64,000 bases of DNA from Takakia lepidozioides (Eukaryota; Plantae; Bryophyta). The DNA lies in the NCBI GenBank assembly GCA_030704615.1, contig CM060732.1, forward strand, positions 70,494,001 through 70,558,000. The letters run 5' to 3'. The notes below the pieces were generated by a model. That model searched no databases. It was not told where the DNA came from and saw nothing but the letters and a program-made list of their open reading frames with translations. Both the position numbers and the translations under genes were made by a program. This document shows positions 25,168 to 37,900 of the stretch, piece by piece; the stretch's first letter is position 1, and every line of letters begins with the position of its first letter.

Positions 25168-25600
25168 GGCTGCTGTTCGCCGCCTCCCTCAAACTCTTGT
25201 CAACCGTTGCCCACTGCCATGTAGGGGACGAGGCTGCCAGAGTACGGTGGGGCCCAGGGACTTGGGGCTGCTGCAGGACGGGTGGATTCACTTTTAGGCT
25301 TCGCTGCGGTGCTCTACTTTTGCAACTGCTCTGCTCTAGTTTTGCAGGTATTGCCCTTGACTCAAGATCATCATTTCTTTGGAAGACCAAAGTGAGTACT
25401 CCAAATTTCCTAGCACCTGGGAAACAAACTGCTTCCATGCAAATCTGTCGTAGAGTGAGGCATGTTTCGGTTTGCAATCAATCGTGCTGTGTGAGAGCTG
25501 AGAAAACTCAAGTCTGGATGCTGCTCCAATCGCTGTAATGTTGTTGTGTTTAAACTAGATATTTGACAGTGCTAGGTCAGGGTGCCAATCACAATCACGA

Positions 25601-25647
25601 AGACATTCCTATAACAGACATTCCTATAACAGACATTCCTATAACAG
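25601..25647. repeat. 15-bp minisatellite, 3 copies
   Basis: AGACATTCCTATAAC x3. Confidence 0.85.
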
Positions 25648-26854
25648 TTTATACAGACCATTGGTGTCACTCAATCAAATACTGTGTTACAACTTTTTGT
25701 GACTGTTTAAACCAGCAGTTTTATCCCTTGTATTAAATAGTAGATGGTCCTGTATAAACAGTTCGTGTTCAAAATAGTTGATGGAGTGAGCGGTGACTGA
25801 AGCACTGTAGATGAAGGATAGTTAGAGACCACCCGAGGTGGCGCCACTGAGACTGATTTAGACCAAAACGGATTGTAGACCAAGAGAACGCAACGCCGAG
25901 ATGTAGAGCAGTAAATACCGTGCATTGTGTGAGAGAATTAGTAACCGGATTGGTCAGTTAGCCACCCGAGTGAATCTGATCACGGGTTGTATGAACTATG
26001 AACGTCATGTATTATGAAGCAATGAGAGGAGTGGAAACAGTAGATTTGTACACAGTCACCTGTCTTTGCATAGTCATTGCATTGCGTGAACTCTGTAAGT
26101 TGTGAGCAAGATTCAGACAGATCTCAGAGTACTGAATATGTAGAAATAGCTCAGAAATGACAGCCTTGAGAGTGCATGACAGACTGGTTTAGAACATGAT
26201 TGAAACAACCACTAAGGCGTATTGAGCGGCATCTAGACAGCAACGGCGAACTTTGAATCATCAATGTGGGCAGAGATTGGCAGAATACAGAAAGGACTCG
26301 GTGCAGTGAAATCTAGGGAAGCGTTGGTCAGGATTAACACCGTTGAGTGTGGTGTAGCTCAGTGAGGGATGGCAAAGTGCAGGTGCTTGGCTGTGTGGCC
26401 TACACAGGATGGTATCTTGCGCAATCATGCACAAATGAACAGGGAGTCACTTAGGGGATGAAGCATGTGTTAAGTGAAAGTTCGGTGTGGCTGCCCATGT
26501 CGTTTCCTCTTCCGCTGCAGCGGCATGCTGCGGTCGCATTGGACTGATGGAGTGAGTGGCCCCGTTTAGTTCTTGTGGTGGGAAGAGTAGAGCCCCCCAA
26601 TTTTACCTTATAAGATCTATGTCGAGAACTCTGGGGATTCTCAATTCATCACTAGCCTTCCATCCAAAACACTAGGGTAAGTTGGCCTATGACCGAATAG
26701 TCGTCTATGACCAATCCTCTATGACTCAATTGTACAGAAATGCACTCAACAGTACATCATGGTCAATACTCTCAGGAAATGGTGGATGATCTGAGTAGCT
26801 ACACAGATCAATGAATGAAGCAAGACACTTGCATCTTTCCAAGAAAACATCCTT

Positions 26855-29800
26855 TCACCAGTAATCCCCACAAGAACAAATCCCATCTTCAAAGTGGTGA
26901 AAGCGGTTAGCGTCCCGTACAACAATTGCTCGGCCAACAATCTTTGAGATGAATTTGGTGGAGGTGTGGCAGTCACCACACACTCGAAGATTCTTGATGA
27001 GACGGAGAGGCGTCCTAGGGGTCGTGCTGATCAACCCAAAACCAACGGCCAGCTTCTCACTGTGGTGGCAAAGAGAAAATTCCTTTTCCTCCTCCCCCAC
27101 CTCATGCAATACAAAGCGCGTGTCAGGCACATACCCCGCCTCCTTCATCTGCCCAGACAATCTTCTCAGCTCAGCATGGATTTCCTTAATTCTGGGATGC
27201 AACTTGTCATCTACAACGAAGGTGTGCACCCTGTTGCCAACCTCAATGCAGCAGCGACCTGGCTCCTTTCTAACCCCTCTGACCTTCATCATTCTTCTCA
27301 CCTTTGCAGTATCATCCCACCTGCCAGCTGCAGCATAGATGTTTGATAGCAACACATAAGTCGTGGAATCCTGTTCATCCAACTTGAGGATAGATGTTGC
27401 CACACGTTCAGCCATCTCCACATTGCCATGGATTCTGCAGGCACCAAGCAAGGCCTTCCACACCACAACATCTGGATTGATTGGCATTTTATTAATCAGG
27501 TCCACTGCCTCATCCAGTTGCCCCGCACGTCCAAGAAGGTCCACCATGCAGCCAAAGTGCTTAACTGTCGGAGTGACACCATGATCTTGACTCAGGGAAT
27601 CAAAGTAGCGTCTTCCTTCATTGAGTAGGCCAGTGTGGCTGCATGCAGAGAGAACACATAGAAAGGTAATACTGTCCGGCTTCAAGCCGTTCTTTTGTAT
27701 TCCTTCAAATAGTTGCTGGACCTCCCTATGACAACCATGCTGGGCATATCCTGCGATCATCGCGTTCCATGACACCACATCTCGTTCAGCCATACTGTCA
27801 AACATTCCCTTTGCATCCTCAATGCACCCACATTTGGCATACATGTCCACCAGGGCAGTGTTCAGAATGACATCGGGTACAATTCCAGATTTGACGATGT
27901 CACCATGGATCTCTTTGCCCTTTTCCAGGGCTGCCAGGCTCGCACATGCATTGCAAACGCATACAAACGTGATGTGGTCGGGCTTCACCCCTTCCCCCAT
28001 CATTTGCTCATAGGTCTCCAAAGCCTCCATCCCGTGCCCTTGCTGTGCATATCCTGCAATCATCGCACTCCACGACACCACATCTCGTTCAGCCATACTG
28101 TCGAACATTCCCTTTGCATCCTTGATGCACCCACATTTGGCATACATGTCCACCAGAGCAGTGTTCAGAATGACATCGGGTACAATTCCAGATTTGACAA
28201 TGTCACCATGGATCTCTTTGCCCTTTTCCAGGGCTGCCAGGCTCGCACATGCATTGCAAACACATACAAACGTGACGTGGTCGGGCTTCACCCCTTCCCC
28301 CATCATTTGCTCATAGGTCTCCAAAGCCTCCATCCCACGCCCTTGCTGTGCATATCCTGCGATCATCGCGTTCCACGACACCACATTTTGTTCAGCCATA
28401 CTGTCAAATACTCCCTTTGCATCCTCGATGCACCCACATTTGGCATACATGTCCACCAGGGCAGTGTTCAGAATGACATCGGGTACAATTCCAGATTTGA
28501 CGATGTCACCATGGATCTCTTTGCCCTTTTCCAGGGCTGCCAGGCTCGCACATGCATTGCAAACGCATACAAACGTGATGTGGTTGGGCTTCACCACTTC
28601 CCCCATCATTCGCTCATAGGTCTCCAAAGCCTCCATCCCACGCCCTTGTTGTGCATATCCTGCGATCATGGCACTCCACGACACCACATCCCGTCCAGCC
28701 ATACTGTCGAACACTCCCTTTGCATCCTCGATGCACCCACATTTGGCATACATGTCCACCAGGGCGGTGTTCAGAATGACATCGGGTACAATTCCAGATT
28801 TGATGATGTCACCATGGATCTCTTTGCCCTTTTCCAGGGCTGCCAGGCTCGCACATGCATTGCAAACGCAGACAAACGTGATGTGGTCGGGCTTCACCCC
28901 TTCCCCCATCATTTGCTCATAGGTCTCCAAAGCCTCCATCCCACGTCCCTGCTGTGCATATCCTGCGATCATTGCGTTCCACGACCCCACGTTGCGTTCA
29001 GCCATATTGTCAAATACTCCCTTTGCATCCTCGATGCACCCACATTTGGCATACATGTCCACTAGGGCAGTGTTCAAAATGACATCGGGTACAATTCCAG
29101 ATTTGACGATGTCACCATGGACCTCTTTGCCCTTTTCCAGGGCTGCCAGGCTTGCCTGCTGTGCATATCCTGCAATCATCGCACTCCACGACACCACATC
29201 TCGTTCAGCCATACTGTCGAACACTCCCTTCGCGTCCTCGATGCACCCACATTTTGCATACATGTGCACCAGGGCAGTGTTCAGAATGACATCTGGTACA
29301 ATTCCAGCTTTGATGATGTCACCATGGACCTCTTTCCCCTTTTCCAGAGCTCCCAGGCTTGCACACGCATTGCAAACACAAACAAACGTGATGTGGTTGG
29401 GCTTCACCCCTTTGTGCAGCATTTGCTCATAGGTCTCCAAAGCATTCCTACCACACCCATGCTTGGTAAATCCTGCCAACATTATATTCCACGTGATCAA
29501 GGATCGTTGAGGCATTCTGTTGAACACTTGGTGAGCATCCATGATGCTCCCGCACTTAACATACATGTTGACAAGGGTGTTGAGTAGAAAAACATTTCGC
29601 GTGAATCCACTTTGGATAATGTGCGTGTGCACCTGCTTTCCAGCTTCCAAGCCTTTCATCTTGATGCACTTATGCAAGAGACAGACATACGTATCTGAAT
29701 CTGCTGAAATGCCTCCTTGGTTTAAAGCCTGTAGAGCCTCGTTCAGTCTGCCTGCCTCACAAAGCATCTTCACATGCCCAGAAGTGCCAGAAGAGGCATT

Positions 29801-29998
29801 GCGGACTCCCTCTCTTGATCCTCTTCCAGAAGCTGTGGTCATGGTTGAGGTGCCTGATGTTATCAACTGTGCCGCTGCAGCTGCTGTCTTTAGTTGACCA
29901 TCTACCCATGCAGGTTTCTTGTAGCTATTGATCCACAGGCAATCATAGGTAATCTTGTGCTTGAAATCTGGCCCTCTTGGATGAATCTGGACCCACAC
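26855..29998 (-). CDS. PLS-class PPR protein with E1-E2-DYW (PG-type) cytidine deaminase domain; organellar C-to-U editing factor
   Basis: Intronless 1047-codon frame with first ATG at 29842. P-L-S triplets, PG-box KEPGRCCIEV, HHSEKLA, CGDCH and terminal CSCGDYW. Confidence 0.93.
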   Translation of the reverse strand: MWVQIHPRGPDFKHKITYDCLWINSYKKPAWVDGQLKTAAAAAQLITSGTSTMTTASGRGSREGVRNASSGTSGHVKMLCEAGRLNEALQALNQGGISADSDTYVCLLHKCIKMKGLEAGKQVHTHIIQSGFTRNVFLLNTLVNMYVKCGSIMDAHQVFNRMPQRSLITWNIMLAGFTKHGCGRNALETYEQMLHKGVKPNHITFVCVCNACASLGALEKGKEVHGDIIKAGIVPDVILNTALVHMYAKCGCIEDAKGVFDSMAERDVVSWSAMIAGYAQQASLAALEKGKEVHGDIVKSGIVPDVILNTALVDMYAKCGCIEDAKGVFDNMAERNVGSWNAMIAGYAQQGRGMEALETYEQMMGEGVKPDHITFVCVCNACASLAALEKGKEIHGDIIKSGIVPDVILNTALVDMYAKCGCIEDAKGVFDSMAGRDVVSWSAMIAGYAQQGRGMEALETYERMMGEVVKPNHITFVCVCNACASLAALEKGKEIHGDIVKSGIVPDVILNTALVDMYAKCGCIEDAKGVFDSMAEQNVVSWNAMIAGYAQQGRGMEALETYEQMMGEGVKPDHVTFVCVCNACASLAALEKGKEIHGDIVKSGIVPDVILNTALVDMYAKCGCIKDAKGMFDSMAERDVVSWSAMIAGYAQQGHGMEALETYEQMMGEGVKPDHITFVCVCNACASLAALEKGKEIHGDIVKSGIVPDVILNTALVDMYAKCGCIEDAKGMFDSMAERDVVSWNAMIAGYAQHGCHREVQQLFEGIQKNGLKPDSITFLCVLSACSHTGLLNEGRRYFDSLSQDHGVTPTVKHFGCMVDLLGRAGQLDEAVDLINKMPINPDVVVWKALLGACRIHGNVEMAERVATSILKLDEQDSTTYVLLSNIYAAAGRWDDTAKVRRMMKVRGVRKEPGRCCIEVGNRVHTFVVDDKLHPRIKEIHAELRRLSGQMKEAGYVPDTRFVLHEVGEEEKEFSLCHHSEKLAVGFGLISTTPRTPLRLIKNLRVCGDCHTSTKFISKIVGRAIVVRDANRFHHFEDGICSCGDYW

Positions 29999-32097
29999 TC
30001 TATCCCTGCTCCTTCAGCTATCCATGCCTCTGCACAAATCATGCATTCATCCTTGCATTTCTGCTAGCAGCTGACAATGACAGCCTAGATTTGTTCTAGG
30101 AAACACCCAACTCAGCTAATCACACTAGTTCCTATGCTGAATTGTGTCTGCTACTCTCTGTAATCTAACAGGCATTCACCTTTTTGCCTCGGTTGTCCCA
30201 CCATTGACTGGGGTCAGAAAAGTATTCATTCCACAGCTTCTCCTCATCTCTGTTACCTGTTTTTGGACACTTTCCTGTTGTCACATTGGCAGTATCATGT
30301 CAAAGTCACTCCAAACTAGATTCACTCAACCAGCTAACTTGCAGAATTCAACATGGAAATTTAGGGCCGATTCTGATAAGAGGGAAAAACAGGGTGAAAT
30401 GTGTTGAAGAAGGTGCCTTCATTAGCAGTGCCTGATTTTATCAGTTGTGCCGCTGCTGCTGCGGCTTCCAGTTGACCATCTACCCATGCAGGTTTCTTGT
30501 AGCTATTGATCCACAGGCAATCATAGGTAATCTTGCGCTTGAAATCTGGCCCTCTTGGATGAATCTGGACCCACACTCTATCCCTGCTCCTTCAGCTATC
30601 CACGCCTATGGCATACATCCTTGCCTTGCTGCTAGCAGCTGACAATGACAGCCTAGATTTGTTCTAGGAAACACCCAACTCAACTTATCACACTAGTTCC
30701 TATGCTCAATTGCATCTGCTACTCTCTGTAATCCAAACGGCATTCACCTTTTCGCCTCGATTGTCCCACCATTGACTGGGTTCAGAAAAGTATTCATTCC
30801 ACAGCTTCTCCTCATCTTTGTTACCTGTTCCTGGATACTTTCCTGGTGTCACATTGGCAGTATCATGTCAAAGTCACTCCAAACTGTCAAAGGTTCACTC
30901 AACCAGTTAACTTACAGAATTCAACATGAAAATTTAGGGCCGATTCTGATAAGAGGGACAAACAGGGTGGAATGTGTTGAAGAAGGTGCCTTCATTAGAA
31001 GTGCCTGATTTTATCAATTGTGTCGCTGCTGGTGCCGCTTCTAGTTGACCATCTACCCATGTAGGTTTCTTGTAGCTATCCTTCCACAGGGAATCATAGG
31101 TAATCTTGTGCTTGAAATCCGGCCCTCTTGGATGAATCTGGACCCACACTCTATCCCTGCTCCTTCAGCTATCCATGCCTCTGACAGCCTAGATTTCTTC
31201 CAGCAAACACCCCGACCATACTTATCACACTAGTTCCTATGCTGACTCGCGTCTGCTTCCAACAGGCATTCACCTTTTTGCCTCGACTGTTCCACCCTTG
31301 ACTGCGGTCGGAAACATGTTCATTCCAGAGCTTCTCCTCGTCTCTGTTATCTGTTTTTCGATTCTTTCCTGTTGCCACATTGGAAGTAACGTGTCAAAAT
31401 CACTCCAAAACCACCATAGATCCACCAGCGAGCTAACTTGCAGAATTCAACATGAAAATTTAGGGACGACTCCGATAACAGGGAAAAACAGGCTGAAATG
31501 TGTTGAAGAAGGTGCCTTCATTAGCAGTGCCTTGTTCTATCAATTGTGCTGCTGCCGCTGCTGTTTCCAGTTGACCATCTACCCACGCAGATTTCTTGTA
31601 GCTATTGATCCACAGGGAATCAGAAGTAATCTTGTGTTGGAAATCTGGCCCTCTTGGATGAATCTGGACCTCTATCCCTGGTCCTTCAGCTATCCCTGCC
31701 TGTGTACAAATCATGAATGCATCCTCAGCCTTGCTGCTAGCAGCTGACACTGACGCCGTGAAGTTCTTCCAGCAAACACCCCAACCCTACTTATTACAGT
31801 AGTTCCAATTCTGAATTGCATCTGCTTCTCTCTGTAGTCTAACAGGCATTCACCTTTTTGTCTCCATTGTCCCACCATTGACTGAGGTTGGAAAAGTCTT
31901 CATTCCAAAGCTTCTCCTCATCTCTGTTATCTGTTTTTGGATACTTTCCTGCTGCCACATCGGCAGTAACTTGTCAAAGTCACCAAACCACCACAGATCC
32001 ACCCAACGAGCTAACTTACAGAATTCAATATGCATCTCAGGGCCGAGTCTGATGAGAGGGCAAAATAGGCTGAAATAGGATGAAGAAGGTGCCCTCA
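29848..32097. repeat. Four tandem ~530-580-bp copies of the 5' end and upstream region of the PPR-DYW gene
   Basis: Units start near 29860, 30440, 31010 and 31540. Each encodes VQIHPRGPDF..KITYD.LW..SYKK..WVDGQL on the minus strand. Confidence 0.9.
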
Positions 32098-34218
32098 CCA
32101 CATTGTCCTTGACCTTGTGTCATGACCCATGGAGGATTTGACCCATCATCAACCCAAAAGGACCTCTTGTGTGTGCTGCTTGTGTCTGTAGTCAGGTAAT
32201 GTCGGATTGGTCTGTGAGAACCACCACGGTGCAGCTGAGCAGGCAGAGATTGAACCACGGCCTGCTAAGACCAAGCTGACTCTCCCAAGAACCTTGTAAA
32301 CATCAGGAAGAATACCAAATCATGGTACTAACAGGAGCCAAGAGCCCACATTTGCAGGGATGGACAAACTTCTTCACATCGTACATTAAGAAAAAGTCAC
32401 ACCTTGCGATTGCGGTTGTCCCACCATCGTGAAGGATCTTTAAAAAACTCATGCCAGCTCTGCTCCGTGCTCCAAGGTAGAGGTTTGTGCTCGAAAATAC
32501 GACAGCATCAACATTTTGACAAGGTCCTTTACGGAAGGGTGCTAGTGAGCTTTCAACAACATTCATGCAAGTTGTTTTGGGCTCCATTGGGCTCTACACG
32601 ATGAGGAACAACGAACATGTCCAGACTTACACAGATGCTAACCCAGCTTATGTTTGCAGTCTAGAGGTTGGAGAGTGGTCTCTGAAAACGACCAGGGCTG
32701 AGCAGCCAGAGTCCGTTACCCTCTTACCCTGGGGCTTTTCCCAGGTTCCAAATATGTACCCCAAGTCGTTCAAAAAATAAAATCAGCCAAAGCAAAATCA
32801 GCCAAAGCCGGACATAAACGTGACAGCCCCAAGAAGGTTAGGAAGGTGGCTACTGCATGCCTCGGGAAAGTGGCAATTGCATGTGGGGCCCATTTGGCGG
32901 CTGCATGCAAGCACTAATAAGTATGGAGTATGGACCAGGGTTTCACTTATCATCTCTCTGGCCATGACTTCCGGGTGGTCTAAGCTTACATGGCTCATCT
33001 CAGGGAGGTTGGTGTGCTCCTCCGTGACCTGGCAATTCAAAGGGGAGTGCTCACATGCCATTTTCCTATACTCTGCAAAAAACGGTTATCAAATGCTTGT
33101 GCTTCTAAACATTGTGCATTTCTTTGGGGAATTTGCAGCTATGTCTGGTCCATTGCCATCTTGGCAGGGCTCTAAAGGTAAAGGATTTCAATCTATTCTT
33201 GATCACTCCATTCTTCTTCTCAACTCAACTTCTTCCACCTTATGACATGATTGTCAAGTTTGGCATTCTCTTGGCGCTTTAACTCTTTGGCAGAAGGCAA
33301 GATGCTCTCTCACCTTGCATGGTAAGATCCCCATTGTGTCTTCCATACTTCCTCGCATTTATTATGATTTCTTGATAGAAGGAAAGAAGGTTGTGGGAGG
33401 GGATTTTGGCTGTGGCAACCCTGTCTTCATTTCTGTGGAGTTTGGCTTCAGTTACATGCCCCCTCTATCAACAACACCCCACAACAACAACAACTGCAAC
33501 CCATCGTCCTACAAAAATTCATCCATCTTGAAAACATCCAAAAACTTCATTGGGTCCCATATGGCACTTGCATGTAGGGTACAAGTGGCGATGCCCTGCA
33601 CTCGCCATGTGGGCCCCCATGCTGGCTAGCTCCTCCTACTTACTTCCATAATGCGGATAATTTTAATTTGGGAGGTTATTTATTTTATTTTTTAATCAAA
33701 AGGGGAGGAAGCACTTTAGAGGAGCAAGTGTTTTTTTATTTTGTTTATTTTTTATTTTATCTTGGGCCTTCAAAAAAGAAAAGAAAGGGGAGGACTCGAA
33801 GCCTTTGAGAGCTCTCACATACAAGCACATTCTTATACTTAGCAGCGAGAGGGAATTGTGGAAGCGCTTGACAAGCATGTTCATCTCACCAAAATGATTC
33901 GAGATTGGCAAAGGTGAGAAATTTATGTTTCCGAAGAGATCACCGACATTTGATCGTGAAATTGCTCTTGGGTTTGAAAGGAAACGTGGGCATTTGCTTG
34001 ATGCAGAATGTGGGCAGAGTGGCAAAACCCAAACTGATTTGATGAGCCTTTGTGCAGCAGTTGGCTTTTGTGATTGGATCGTCAAGTCGCCCATGCAAGT
34101 CGGGATGGAAACAACGCGGCAGCAGGTGGAGAGACTAATACGGGATGGTGTGATCCAGGGAGTAGGTACTGGCAGCACCGGGTTTGTGAATGAGTTATCG
34201 AGGGTTTAGTGAAGCTGG

Positions 34219-34929
34219 ATGCAGGTTGAAGCGGCCATGTTGCGGATTACTCCGACTACGCACACCTGGGCTGTGATTGTTGCATGCCTTTTTGTGGTGT
34301 TTACTCTTTGCTTCTCCCTTTACTTGCTCTTCGAGCACCTCTCCAGCTACAATGGCCCCGAGGTTAGATTCCTGCCTTATTCCCAAGAAACTGAAAATAG
34401 AATTCAATGAAAATCCAATTCTTCTTTTCTCTGCTGTGACTACTTGGAGCTTCTAGCATACCTGATGTCTCAGGGCTCACCTGTTGCTCCGCTCAGGTTG
34501 GCAAGGGATGTGAATTTGGTGTCTGAGTTCGTTGAAGGCAACGCCTGCACAGACTTTCTCTTTAGCCGTTTTCCACAGTACAGTGTGACCAGTGGTGAAG
34601 CACAGCCACACAGCCAGTATTTTGGAACGTACGGGGCTGGAGTAGACACAATGTCGTGTTTCCTACAATCATCTCGATGCCAGTTGTTAACCAACACTTG
34701 CTTCCAGTTACTGGTGGTTGTCGGTTCTACGCTATGCCTGTTTCAATTTGCGGCTGAAATCGCAGACGGTGGTGAAATCACAAGACCAGTTCCCTCTGGA
34801 CTCTGACCCCAAGGGTATGATTGCCAGCTTTAGCAGGAGCTGTCAACCAATACATTCATTCACTCTCTCTCTATCTCTCTCTGGAACTAAGGGATCAATG
34901 CATGGTTTTGTAGATGGAATTGCAACTAA

Positions 34930-34981
<52 letters not shown>

Positions 34982-37900
34982 CTCTCTCTCTCTCTGTGAC
35001 TAAATGCCGGCCTTGTGACCTCGTGTCCTTGTTTGTTTCGACCTGAAGCGCTTTGCTTCAGGTAAGGTAGTGCATTGGATTTAGTTGGAAAGCTTGGGGC
35101 CTTTCCCTCTTTAGAATATGCCTACACGGGCCATTCCCTGCAACTCCCTGGAGTGTGATCTCTGAATGGTAACAAGCGGACTCCTACCGCTTGGGGGCAG
35201 CCCCTCCGCCCAAATTGGGCAGTCGTATGCTCTGTCTAGCGTACTCGGCACTTGGGCTCGGGTTGGTTCCTGTGCTTAAACTTATGGCCTGCGAAAACAA
35301 TCAAAAATTTAGCTCCTATCAACATCAACACTCCTCGGGGTGATCCCTGGGAATTGGTTACGTATGCCAAATCTAGGGCTTCATGTGTAGTTTTTGGGGT
35401 GAATCCCAGGATGGACGATGTGTCCTTTAAAACTACATGCTCTAGCTTAGGCTTGGATTTCATGGCTAATGGTACCATCTCGAGACTTGATAACAGGGGT
35501 ATGTTGAAGGTTGCAATGACCAAAAGTGCTTCTAATAGAGTCCCGCATCAATTCAATCTCAAAGAAGTTCGTCCCTTGACTGGTTGGAGAGCGGTCTTAG
35601 ACATTGGTGATTCAATGGGGTGCTCTAGGAAGACAACCAAGGGCAACAACTTCAACTTGAGAGTTTCTAATCGGTTTGATGCTCTGGATGAGGTTGAATC
35701 CAAACAGCCAGAAGGACAAGATGCCCCTAAGTGTACGGAACCTGAACGTCCTGAATCTGAAGGATTTGGTACTCTGAATGGCTTACCAATCCTCAAGGTT
35801 TACACAAGACGAACAAATTCTATACACGGGGTAATTGTCCCCAAGCCGTCAGATGGACAATCTGTCCCTAAGTGTGCAGAGCCTGAACGTCGTGTAACTG
35901 AAGGATTTGGTACTCTAAATGGTTTACCAATCCTCAAAGTCTACACAAGACGAGCAAAATCTATACACGGGGTAATTGTCCCCAAGCAGTCTGACGGACA
36001 ATCTGCCCCTATGTGTGCGGAGCCTGTGCGTCGTGTAACTGAAAGATTTGGTACCCTGAATGGTTTACCAATTCTCAAAGTTTACACAAGACGAGCAAAA
36101 TCTACACATGGGGTAACTGTCCCCCTTTGCAGAACGGTTGGCCGTCCAGGAGCAATCACAAGCTACCTAGACGACAAACAATTCACACGCAAAGGGCTGG
36201 CTTGCGGCTGGCCACTTTCAACTTCTCAGGGTTGACCAACCAAAGGAAACAACTTGAAGTGGGACAAGTTCTTCGGACTAATGATATTCATATCTGTGCT
36301 GGGCAAGAAACATGGGAAACGTCGGATAAACTGGTTGGAGATGTCATTGGTTATAAATGGGCAGGTAAGATGTGTACTCTCAAGGCAGCCTCTGCCAAAC
36401 GCGGTCAAAAAGGGGTCGGATTCTTTGTCCGTGATTTCTTGTTTGACAATTGTGAAATTATCAACAAGGGTTTGAGGTACGAGCATAGTATCTGGCTAAA
36501 ACTGAATTTGAAGGGCGGCATGAGTACAAAGGACCTCTTTGTTGGTTGTGTTTACATGCCCACAGAGGGGACCCTTAGTGCTGACGCAGACAAGGCCTTC
36601 GAAGATGTAAAGCTGGACTGTGCTTCGTTCCTTGCCAAAGGTCAGGTGGTACTATTGGGGGACTTCAATGCCCGGGTGGGCAAAGGGATCCATCAGGACG
36701 ATATCATTGGACCTTTTGGTGAGGACGAGCTGAATTCTAATGGCAGACGGTTAATTAACTGTCTAGAAGAGCTTCAGCTTTTGACCTTGAATAACAGGAC
36801 AAGAGGTGACCAAGTGCAGTGGACTCGTGAGAAACCCCAAACTGGGGAACGTTCCATTGTGGACTATATCATAATGGACAAAATTTTGTTCCCCCAGTGT
36901 GCCAATGTGTTGATCGACAGAACTGATATTGGTACCTCTGACCACTTCCTGGTTTGGACTGAGATCAAAAGGTGTTTTCCCACCACCAAGAGATCTGTGA
37001 AACGTTCGATTCGGAAGTGGCGCATAGAAAAATTCCACAATGAGGAGGTCAAGGCTGAGTACGTCCAGGCCTTGCAAGAGGCTCTCCCTCATTTTGTCCA
37101 ATCGCTCCAAGAACTTCAGTCACGCTCTGTTAACGCAAGAAATGAAGTCGAAAGAGCAGTGGACTCTTGGGAGAGTTTCGTTTCCTCCGTGGCTGACAAG
37201 ATCATTGGGAGGAAACTAATTGTCTGCGGTAGAGCAGTTAATTGGTGGACTAATGAGATTAAACTCAAGATAGCTGAGAGACGAGCCCTCTATAAAGAGT
37301 GCTGCAATTTGGAAACCAACAGAGAATTGTGGGCGAGGTACTACCAGCTCCGTAAAGATATCAATCAGCTTGTTAGGTCTCAGAAGAAATTATACTGGGA
37401 CAAGTTATACAGTGAAATAAACTCAAACCACCATGGTGGTAATGACAAGAAATTCTGGTTGGCCCTTCAACGTTTGTACAAGCCGAAAAACGGTCAGCAA
37501 GTACAAGCGCTGAAGACTACTAAAGGTGCAGTGGTGACTTCATCGGTTGACATTGTCAAAACCTTTGAAACTCACTACAGTATCCTTAGCAGAACTTCTA
37601 GGTCTAACAGTGAGGGGTCTTCTGCTGAATGGAGGGACACAGTTGGAAAAACTGTTCCTATGATTCAAAACAGCCCTGATGAACTGGAGTATATTTCAAT
37701 GGCTTATAATGCTCCCATTAGTTCTTCTGAGATTGTGGAAGCAATTGAACATTTAAATGGATATAAAGCTGGTGGACCTGATGGTATTGTCAACGAGCTT
37801 ATCAAGCACGGTGGCGATCCCATGATAGAGGCCCTAGTTCTCCTCTTTAACCTTATCTGGAAGACTGAAATGATCCCCTTTCGCTGGCGACAGGGGGTCA

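Noticed and set aside
25683-26736. Possible solo LTR between the TRM112 pseudogene and the PPR gene
   Set aside because: The TG...CA candidates tested have no matching TSD and there is no second copy in the window. Left unannotated.
26855-27270. U-to-C (DYW:KP) type editing domain
   Set aside because: Both DYW domains have a PG box, HSEKLA and a terminal DYW, i.e. the ordinary C-to-U type.
27905-29065. 386-aa plus-strand ORF and other antisense ORFs over the PPR genes
   Set aside because: Antisense shadows of the repetitive PPR coding frame with no independent protein signature.
32300-33630. Coding-like or TE-like sequence between the PPR repeats and LAZ1
   Set aside because: The frames examined are interrupted and show no recognisable motif or clean TIR/TSD.
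33925-34209. 94-aa ORF in frame with and upstream of the LAZ1-like start
   Set aside because: Separated from the gene by tandem stops and has no recognisable domain. Cannot be supported as coding.
36119-36130. Canonical -1 slippery heptamer at CCCCCTTTG in the LINE ORF1/ORF2 overlap
   Set aside because: It does not fit X XXY YYZ in the ORF1 reading frame.
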